A DNA stretch of 32,000 bases. Source: Nostoc punctiforme PCC 73102. GTDB taxonomy: Bacteria; Cyanobacteriota; Cyanobacteriia; Cyanobacteriales; Nostocaceae. Shown piece after piece: positions 25,601 through 32,000 of this stretch (the stretch's first letter is position 1; each line of letters starts with the position of its first letter). Where the stretch lies: assembly GCF_000020025.1 (NCBI RefSeq), contig NC_010628.1, forward strand, positions 3,870,001-3,902,000. Direction: 5' to 3'. Both the position numbers and the translations under genes were made by a program. A model generated the notes under the pieces. That model had not been told where the DNA came from. It was given only the letters and a program-made list of their open reading frames with translations, and ran no database searches.

Positions 25601-26067
25601 GGTCGATACCCAAACTCACATTCCCCTTGCAAAAATATGGGGTGGTGGGGAAGTCGCATCTGCGGATGAGTTGCGCTTTAGTGTTCCTGTGAGAACGATT
25701 AATGCTGCGCCCAATAGCAAATATTTTGGTATCGGCAAGGGTATTACTTGTTACAATTTTACCAGCGACCAGTTCACTGGCTTCCACGGGATTGTAATTC
25801 CTGGTACTTTGCGAGATTCGCTTTTTCTCTTGGAAGGTTTGTTAGAGCAATTAACGAGTCTCCATCCAGTCGAGATCATGACCGATACTGCTGGTTATAG
25901 TGATGTCGTGTTTGGTTTATTTTGGCTTCTGGGCTATCGGTTTAGTCCAAGACTTGCAGATATTGGTGAGGCCCGTTTTTGGCGAATCGACAATTCTGCT
26001 AACTATGATGTCCTTGATGGACTGACTAAAAACAAGATTAATACTGACCTGATTACGAATAATTGGC

Positions 26068-26154
26068 AAGAATTTCTCTTTTTGTCCACCGAGGTGGTTT
26101 GGTTTTCTTCTTTTGAGGCAGTAATGGCTCTATGAATTCCCACTCTTTGTCGCT
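26068..26154 (-). pseudogene. 29-codon N-terminal stub of an IS5-family (DUF4096-type) transposase
   Basis: The minus strand reads SDKEWEFIEPLLPQKKKTKPPRWTKREIL, the hallmark sD.eWe.IepLLP...W..R.il N-terminal motif. It ends abruptly at the junction with the truncated Tn3 tnpA. Confidence 0.5.
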
Positions 26155-26218
26155 TCAGCTACTGGAATATGGCATTTATTTTTTATCTTAGCTCGTCGTC
26201 AAATATCCCAAATGGATT

Positions 26219-26914
26219 CTATACAAATTTAGATGTGCTTACCCTGCCATCTTCCATTTCTATGATGCGATCAGCTATGTCTAAAATGCGGTTATCATGT
26301 GTGACTAACAAGATAGTAGTTCCCCGATTTTTAGCTAGGCTCTGCATTATTTTTACGATATCGCGTCCTGATTGTTTATCTAATGCAGCCGTTGGTTCGT
26401 CTGCTAGCACTAAGGGAGGACAATTTACTAAGGCGCGGGCGATCGCAATTCTTTGTTTTTGACCACCAGAAAGATTGTCTGGATAATAATTAATTCTTTC
26501 TTCTAAACCAACAGCTTGCAACATCATTTCTGATTTAGCTACTGCTTCTATTTGAGAAATACAATCGTTTAATTCTAATGCCATTTGTACGTTTTGCTTG
26601 GCAGTCAAAAACCCCAACAAATTGTGAGATTGAAAAATATAACCAATGTTACGCCGCATCTGCACCAGTTTATTCTGACTAACACCAGACAATTCTTCAC
26701 CTAAAAATTTCAAACTTCCTTCTTGTACAGACCGTAAACCACCAATTAAGCTCAGTAACGTTGTTTTTCCTGAACCTGATGGCCCAGTCATAATTACAAT
26801 TTCACCAGAATAAACTTTTAGGTTGATATCAAATAAAATTTGTTTTCTCAGTGCATTTTTCCCATAGTAATGATTCAGACTTTGAATTATAATTACAGCT
26901 TCTTGTCTCATCAT
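26219..26914 (-). CDS. DevA-family (MacB/LolD-like) ABC transporter ATP-binding protein
   Basis: 231 aa with GPSGSGKTTLL (Walker A), LSGGQKQRIAIARAL (signature) and LVLADEPTAALD (Walker B). IGYIFQSHNLLGFLTAKQNVQMALE is typical of cyanobacterial DevA. Confidence 0.88.
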   Translation of the reverse strand: MMRQEAVIIIQSLNHYYGKNALRKQILFDINLKVYSGEIVIMTGPSGSGKTTLLSLIGGLRSVQEGSLKFLGEELSGVSQNKLVQMRRNIGYIFQSHNLLGFLTAKQNVQMALELNDCISQIEAVAKSEMMLQAVGLEERINYYPDNLSGGQKQRIAIARALVNCPPLVLADEPTAALDKQSGRDIVKIMQSLAKNRGTTILLVTHDNRILDIADRIIEMEDGRVSTSKFV

Positions 26915-26944
26915 AAATTTGACAATATTTAGTATAAATCATAT

Positions 26945-26978
26945 ATCAATAGAACATATGGGTTAATGTTCTATTGAT
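26945..26978. promoter_or_regulatory. 13-bp perfect inverted repeat between the RTX gene and the devA-like gene
   Basis: ATCAATAGAACAT (26945-26957), 8-nt loop, ATGTTCTATTGAT (26966-26978). It could be an operator in the devA-like promoter or a weak terminator or attenuator for the RTX gene, although no clean U-run follows it. Confidence 0.4.
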
Positions 26979-27057
26979 ACATCTGAATGATTCTTTGGAG
27001 TTTAAGTTAACACCAACAGATAATACAGTACCTGATTAGTGTAAAAAGATAGATCAA

Positions 27058-28386
27058 CTATGCGATGAAATCTGTTGCTGTCAAACTACTAGCTTGAATA
27101 CGATCAACAACTGCTAAAGGTGGTTCACTGCTACCAGCGATCGCAATTAAAACGTTACCACCAGTTTGGATTAAAGACAGTTGTCCGAAGCTAATTTGAT
27201 CGGGTAACTTAATGTGATCTACTCCTTTCTGGAAGTCAAAGATTTGGTCAAATCTAGCACCTCTACCTAAGATAAAAGTATCGTGTCCAGATCCTCCACT
27301 AAGCAGGTTGAAACCTAAACCACCATCGAGTAAATCATTACCTTCATCGCCGTTGAGAACATCGTTATCTGCACCTGCAAATAGTTGGTCATTGCCAAGA
27401 CCACCATTGAGTAGGTCATCACCGGCATCTCCAACAATAGTATCGTTATCCCAACCACCATTCAGGAAATCACCCCCAACACCACCATTTACATAATCGT
27501 TACCGAGATCACCATTAATAAAGTCACCGCCTTCGTCGCCAAATAAGCGATCGCTACCTGTTCCACCGTTGATCACATCATTGCTCAGTCCGCCTTGGAT
27601 AATATCGTTACCAAAACCTCCGTTGAGAAAATCGCTACCATCTGTACCAACGGTTTGCGGGTTTGCAACGCCAACGCTAGGAATGTCTTGTGAAAGTGGT
27701 GATTCGTGTTGAGAGTACAGTTCGGCATTGCTAACTTGCACAAAATTAGCTGATGTGAACTGATTGGGACTAACAAAAGCTACAAGCGCCAATAACTCAC
27801 CTGTTGCAGCTACAGAAATCAAGGAGCTAGGACCAACCGCCTCTATCTTGATCTGATTGAATGATAAACCACCAGCCAAGGCAATGAAGTCATCGGTGGG
27901 GTTAAAGTCAACAAAAGAGTCTACCCCCTCACCTGCTTTAGCTACAAAGCGATCGCGCCCTTCTGCACCAAAAAGCACATCGTTACCAGCACCACCATAG
28001 AGCAGATCGTCGTCAGCAGCACCAAATAGACCATCATTACCCGATCCACCCAACAGGATATCGTCACCGCCACCTCCACCTACAAGGTCATTACCACTAC
28101 CCCCAGATACGAAATCGTCTTCATCGTTAGGTAAACGTAAAAAGAAATCATTACCGGCTCCGCCAAAGAGAACATCTTGACCTAAAGAACCAACAATAAA
28201 ATCATTACCCAGTCCACCGACTATTAGATCATTGCCATTACTACCATTAAGTAGGTCATTACTCGCCGTACCTACAAGTACTGAACTTGGGATGTGCAAT
28301 CCTGTGACTTGATAATAAATATTTAGCAAACTATTTTGACCACCAAGGATGTTGGAATCAAAAAGATGAGGCAATGGTCTTGACAT
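27058..28386 (-). CDS. RTX (hemolysin-type calcium-binding repeat) protein, probable type I secretion substrate
   Basis: 442 aa with many GGxGNDxLx nonapeptides in two blocks (e.g. GSNGNDLIVGGLGNDFIVGSLGQDVLFGGAGND). There is no N-terminal signal peptide. The C-terminal end is ..LTATDFIA. Confidence 0.88.
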   Translation of the reverse strand: MSRPLPHLFDSNILGGQNSLLNIYYQVTGLHIPSSVLVGTASNDLLNGSNGNDLIVGGLGNDFIVGSLGQDVLFGGAGNDFFLRLPNDEDDFVSGGSGNDLVGGGGGDDILLGGSGNDGLFGAADDDLLYGGAGNDVLFGAEGRDRFVAKAGEGVDSFVDFNPTDDFIALAGGLSFNQIKIEAVGPSSLISVAATGELLALVAFVSPNQFTSANFVQVSNAELYSQHESPLSQDIPSVGVANPQTVGTDGSDFLNGGFGNDIIQGGLSNDVINGGTGSDRLFGDEGGDFINGDLGNDYVNGGVGGDFLNGGWDNDTIVGDAGDDLLNGGLGNDQLFAGADNDVLNGDEGNDLLDGGLGFNLLSGGSGHDTFILGRGARFDQIFDFQKGVDHIKLPDQISFGQLSLIQTGGNVLIAIAGSSEPPLAVVDRIQASSLTATDFIA

Positions 28387-29400
28387 ATTTTTGGTTATGT
28401 ATTTCTGAGAGTTTTATAAACTATGAAAAAGCAGCAATAGTCCTTACAGCTAAAACTCAACAAGTTATGAAAAACTCAGTTGGTAAGCTTTAGCTGGACT
28501 GTATATGGAAAATATCTGGTCAAATTTCGCAACTGATATAGTTACACGAATCTCAGAAAAGTTTTTGCATGAAGTGCAACGTTTTTAAGATTCTTCTCAG
28601 AATCATATAAATAAATATATTTATAAAAAATTAAAATTTGTTTATCAACAGGTTAATCTTAATTGAATAATTGTTGATTTATTTGCATAGATGAAATCTT
28701 GATAAAAAGATTAAATTTTGTTTATGTAATCATTAATTTTGAATGCTATTAAAATATAGAGCTTAAAATAAAAACATGATTAATTTTTCTTATATAGAGG
28801 TAAAAATATAAAATTCCTCTATCGTTATGTGTGTATAATTTTTACGAATGGTGTAACTTGCTTGGATAAAGTGGATAAGTTCCACAGCTAACCATAAAAA
28901 TTGCATTAAGAATCAACTTGATGTAGTCAGCAACAGCAATTCATTCTCAGTCTAAAAATACCTGCAAGATGTAGGTAAAAGAAGTTAGTTTATCTTCAAA
29001 AGGAATTCATGAAAACCGCTTGGGAAAAGTCATTCAAAACTAAAATGTGCTTTAAGCAAAGGTATTGAACTAAATATATTTAGGATAAGCTATAGGGTTA
29101 GACTCCTTTAATTAACCGAGCATAAGGTCTGGATTTCAGTAATCTACAAAATTGAAATTTTTGATTAGTCAAATCATATTGCTTGTTGACTTTGTTCACA
29201 CGTATGTTGCTGTGCATAGTCTGAGTAATAGCATCGAAAACTGCAAGGAACTTAACCATTATGTTCTATTGCAGAAATGCTTTTGGATTTAGGTCTTTGC
29301 TAATTTAGTTAGCCATTAAATTAGTTAAAATACCTAGAACTATTGTTGGATTTAGGCAAGGTCAGTTACGCATAGTTGCTTTTAGGTGTATTAAAGACTT

Positions 29401-31185
29401 ATGCAATTAAGAGACAAGATTTTTGGTTGTGCAGTTTATACCAGAAGCGATATCCTCGACAAATTGTTTAGACCGAAAAATATTCCTGATTTGTCAGATG
29501 GAGACAGCGAAGAAAGAAAAGAACGTCTCTCAGTTCGGCGAACAATCTTTCTACATTTGGATGGAATTGCCATAGGCCCAACTACAAATGCTCTACAGGA
29601 AAGAGGGGTCTTCTTCTTGTTTGAAGAAGGAAAAGTCGTACCCCTGAATCTAGTTCTGAAATATTTTCCGGGAAATATAGGCTATTTGAATGTTGCTTTG
29701 CGGCTAATGGTGTCGCAAGGATGGATGAAGCATCAAGAAATAGAGGGAGAAATCTTTTACACCTTGACTCGCAGAGGCAGCATAGCGTTAGGACTGTCAT
29801 CAATTTATAAAGAGTTTGTTGCTTTTTTACCTATCCTGCTTAATATCAATGACTATCTTTTTGGAGATTTAACTTTGTCGTTGCAGTCTAAATTAGCTGA
29901 CGGCATGAATTTCTCTTCTCTACTAGCAAGAGCTAAAAGACAGTGGGACTTGGTAGAAAGTACAGATGAAGATTATCAGTATGTGTGTTGTCAGATATTG
30001 CACCATCTCAATGGCTTATTGGTAGGCCCAACGATGGTATCTTTAGCAATGGCTAATGTCTTTGAGCAAATCGATCCCAAAACGCACACACTTGACATTG
30101 AGCAGTTAGCAGGTAATCAAAAACATTTACTTGAAGCTTTTGAAATCCTGGCCTTACAGGGCTGGGTTGTAATTCAAGGTCGTCAAGTTCAGTTCATCCG
30201 TACAGGCTTATATGCGATTTCTAGAGCCTACGCTTACGGAGTCACAGTTTCTTATTTACCAACATTTGAGAAGGTTCCTGAACTGTTATTTGGCAATCCC
30301 ACTATTTTATGGAGACGAGATACTGATGGACATGAAACCCATGTGAATCGTCCAGTAAATATTTGGGGTAGCGGACTAGCTCATCAGACCTACTTCCAGA
30401 AAGTTGACGCGATTATTAGAGATATCTTTAACCGTCCGATTGACGAACAACCCAAAGGAATTGTAGATATGGGTTGTGGGGATGGTACATTCATGGAGCA
30501 TATCTATCACGTCATTCAAAATCAGACTCTGAGAGGGAAATATCTCAATGATAATCCCTTGATTATGGTCTGTGCTGACTATAATCAAGCCTCTCGAGAA
30601 GCTACTTACAAAAGACTCAAGGATTTGCAGTCGCCAATAAGCGTCATCTTTGGTGATATTAACGACCCAGACGAATTAGCAAAAACAATACTCGCCAAAT
30701 ATGGAATACTATCTAACGAGTTTCTCCATGTCAGATCGTTTTTAGATCACAACCGTCCTTTTATCAGTCCCACAATGGGCAATATGGGCTGTGAATTGAG
30801 TTCTACAGGAGCTTTTGTTTGTAGGGGTCGAATGATTATAGCAAATGAACTCTTACAAAATTTATTAGAGCATTTACAGCGTTGGAAACCACATATTGGG
30901 CGATTTGGTTTGTTAGTCCTAGACTTACATACGATTCCGCCAGCCCTAGCAGCAGCAAATATTGGGTATACCTTAGCCACAGCTTATGATGCGACTCATG
31001 GTTATACCGATCAATATCCGATTGAATTGAATCAATTCATCGCTGCGGCAAAATTAGCTGGATTAACTCCCGATCTCCGCTACCAAGCCAAGTTTCCACC
31101 CAATGATTTGGCTACAGTTAGTCTCAATCTATTTGTGCCTATGGAAGTGGGGAGTGGTGAGTCCGATTCTGACTGGATTGTTTAA
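29401..31185 (+). CDS. 594-aa protein: tandem winged-helix-like domains plus a class I SAM-dependent methyltransferase; PKS-associated
   Basis: IVDMGCGDGTFMEHI (SAM motif I), MVCADYN (post-I acidic residue) and VIFGDINDP. Two N-terminal repeats (HLDGIAIGPTTNAL...GYLNVALRLMVSQGW and HLNGLLVGPTMVSL...LLEAFEILALQGW) resemble O-methyltransferase dimerisation/wHTH domains. Confidence 0.7.
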   Translation: MQLRDKIFGCAVYTRSDILDKLFRPKNIPDLSDGDSEERKERLSVRRTIFLHLDGIAIGPTTNALQERGVFFLFEEGKVVPLNLVLKYFPGNIGYLNVALRLMVSQGWMKHQEIEGEIFYTLTRRGSIALGLSSIYKEFVAFLPILLNINDYLFGDLTLSLQSKLADGMNFSSLLARAKRQWDLVESTDEDYQYVCCQILHHLNGLLVGPTMVSLAMANVFEQIDPKTHTLDIEQLAGNQKHLLEAFEILALQGWVVIQGRQVQFIRTGLYAISRAYAYGVTVSYLPTFEKVPELLFGNPTILWRRDTDGHETHVNRPVNIWGSGLAHQTYFQKVDAIIRDIFNRPIDEQPKGIVDMGCGDGTFMEHIYHVIQNQTLRGKYLNDNPLIMVCADYNQASREATYKRLKDLQSPISVIFGDINDPDELAKTILAKYGILSNEFLHVRSFLDHNRPFISPTMGNMGCELSSTGAFVCRGRMIIANELLQNLLEHLQRWKPHIGRFGLLVLDLHTIPPALAAANIGYTLATAYDATHGYTDQYPIELNQFIAAAKLAGLTPDLRYQAKFPPNDLATVSLNLFVPMEVGSGESDSDWIV

Positions 31186-31203
31186 AATACGAACTCCAGA
31201 GGA

Positions 31204-31383
31204 GAATGGCACTAAGAAAAGCTGAAAGCTTCGCCTGGAGTGGGTGTGGGAGGTGTGGGGAGAATGAGGAGGAATTGAGAATGGGTGCGGCATCTATCGC
31301 TTGGGAGCAACACAGTACCTCCCACACCTCCCACACTCAAAAGCCTTACAAATAATGGATTCGCCGTTATCTTAGTGCCATTC
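31204..31383. mobile_element. 180-bp MITE-like element with a 10-bp TSD
   Basis: 13-bp perfect TIR GAATGGCACTAAG (31204-31216; reverse complement at 31371-31383). Inner 16-bp perfect IR GTGTGGGAGGTGTGGG (31244-31259 / 31321-31336). Direct repeat CTCCAGAGGA at 31194-31203 and 31384-31393. Confidence 0.7.
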
Positions 31384-31443
31384 CTCCAGAGGATACGAAG
31401 AGTTCATCAGGTCATACTGCAAAATCAAGTAGGTGGATTAGAG

Positions 31444-32000
31444 TTGTCTAATAACTTTAACGAAAAAGCGATCGCCATTATCGGGATGTCGGGACGTTTT
31501 CCCAAAGCAAACAACCTGGATGAATACTGGCAAAATCTCAAAAATGGGGTTGAATGTATTTCATTTCTGAGCGATGAGGAACTAGCGGCGGAAGGTGTAG
31601 ATGCTTCTACCCTTAACGATCCCAAGTATGTCAAAGCCATTCCGATGATTGACAATGTGGAATACTTCGATGCCGGATTCTTTAGCTATTCACCTAGAGA
31701 AGCCAAACTCATTGATCCTCAACATCGTGTATTTCTAGAGTGTGCTTGGGAAGCTCTAGAAGATGCTGGGTGCGACCCTGAGAACTATGAGCATCCTATC
31801 GGTTTTTACGCAGGAGCAAGTATTAATACTTACATTCTGGATTGTATTTTAGGCGATCGCTTGCGTCCTAAACTTGATTTTGAAAGCTTCTTGGAAACCT
31901 TCGTTGGTAGTGACAAAGACTTTCTCACCAGTCGCGTATCTTACAGATTAAATTTGAGAGGGCCTAGCGTCACAGTCCAAACGGCTTGTTCCACTTCCTT
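31444..32000 (+). CDS. type I polyketide synthase, N-terminal ketosynthase domain (3'-partial, runs off the window)
   Basis: The open frame from 31279 to the window end reads (TTG 31444)SNNFNEKAIAIIGMSGRFPKANNLDEYWQNLKNGVE...DPQHRVFLECAWEALEDAG...VTVQTACSTS, with the KS active-site Cys. AGGTGG at 31432-31437 precedes the TTG at 31444. GTG at 31375 or 31285 are alternative starts. Confidence 0.88.
   Translation, partial: MSNNFNEKAIAIIGMSGRFPKANNLDEYWQNLKNGVECISFLSDEELAAEGVDASTLNDPKYVKAIPMIDNVEYFDAGFFSYSPREAKLIDPQHRVFLECAWEALEDAGCDPENYEHPIGFYAGASINTYILDCILGDRLRPKLDFESFLETFVGSDKDFLTSRVSYRLNLRGPSVTVQTACSTS

Larger units (their letters stand above)
20963..26070 (+). pseudogene. tnpA: Tn3-family transposase TnpA (two frameshifts, two IS insertions, 3' truncation)
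   Basis: The N-terminus [32 protein letters not shown]...HNRLGLGLQLCTVRFLG is DUF4158-type. There is a frameshift in the T5 run near 21727 and another near 22720-22735. The sequence ..ARTGFTKEFTHLSQSNSRVDDLH|IS|ISICAVLLAEACNIGLEPL..RLSWVQQNYIR..ARLVDT|IS|QTHIPLAKIWGGGEVASADELRFSVP..MTDTAGYSD is DDE_Tn3-type. Homology stops near 26070, so roughly the last 170 aa are missing. Confidence 0.85.

Noticed and set aside
26169-26462. 97-aa plus-strand ORF
   Set aside because: It is antisense to the Walker B/signature region of the ABC ATPase gene. It is a shadow ORF.
27058-28386. Strong short-period DNA repetitiveness, considered as a tandem repeat array or CRISPR-like structure
   Set aside because: The periodicity is the 27-nt coding repeat of RTX nonapeptides (GGxGNDxLx) within one long ORF. 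There are no unique spacers between conserved repeats. ORFs 27308-27496 (+) and 27585-27776 (-) are shadows.
31139-31655. ORFs 31139-31336 (-) and 31425-31655 (-)
   Set aside because: The first lies inside the MITE hairpin (the MWEVWEV.. sequence comes from the GTGTGGGAGG repeat). The second is antisense to the PKS KS domain.
1-32000. Search for tRNA, rRNA, tmRNA and CRISPR arrays
   Set aside because: I found no T-loop consensus (GGTTCGAATCC-like) with an acceptor-stem context, no rRNA-like conserved blocks, and no array of regularly spaced identical repeats of 25 nt or more. This was an eye scan only, so tRNAscan-SE, Infernal or CRISPRCasFinder should confirm it.

Overview
This window looks like an IS-saturated accessory region of a filamentous, Nostocales-type cyanobacterium. 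That origin is inferred from many HIP1 GCGATCGC sites, Nostoc-style small GC-rich dispersed repeats, HU, Hsp17-type and DevA-type genes, and cyanobacterial IS630, ISAs1 and IS4 types. Roughly 40-45% of the window is mobile DNA. It comprises two identical inverted IS630 copies (3353-4611, 17551-18809); an IS5-family element split by IS630 (2754-5023); a decayed ISAs1 element inside a tryptophan-2,3-dioxygenase-like gene (7601-8801); and a 3.7-kb IS1182-family element with 49-bp perfect / ~117-bp extended IRs, a 7-bp TSD, a passenger RHH-like gene and a reiterated 15-bp palindrome (15297-19019). It also holds a Tn3-family transposon wreck (tyrosine recombinase + XRE/zinc-ribbon + TnpA, 19501-~26070) whose tnpA carries two IS4-family insertions, an IS5-family stub (26068-26154) and a 180-bp MITE (31204-31383). 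The genes in between are a decayed histidine kinase, a Tat-type esterase, HU, a secreted protein, Hsp20, an AraC regulator with a MIase/SnoaL/SgcJ/flavodoxin-like cluster, and an HsdM remnant. The right end carries a DevA-type ABC ATPase, an RTX protein, a 1-kb AT-rich ORF-free gap, a 594-aa wHTH-wHTH-methyltransferase and the 5' end of a type I PKS (KS domain, runs off the window). I saw no rRNA, tRNA or CRISPR array. All family calls come from motif recognition by eye. No database search or alignment program was run.
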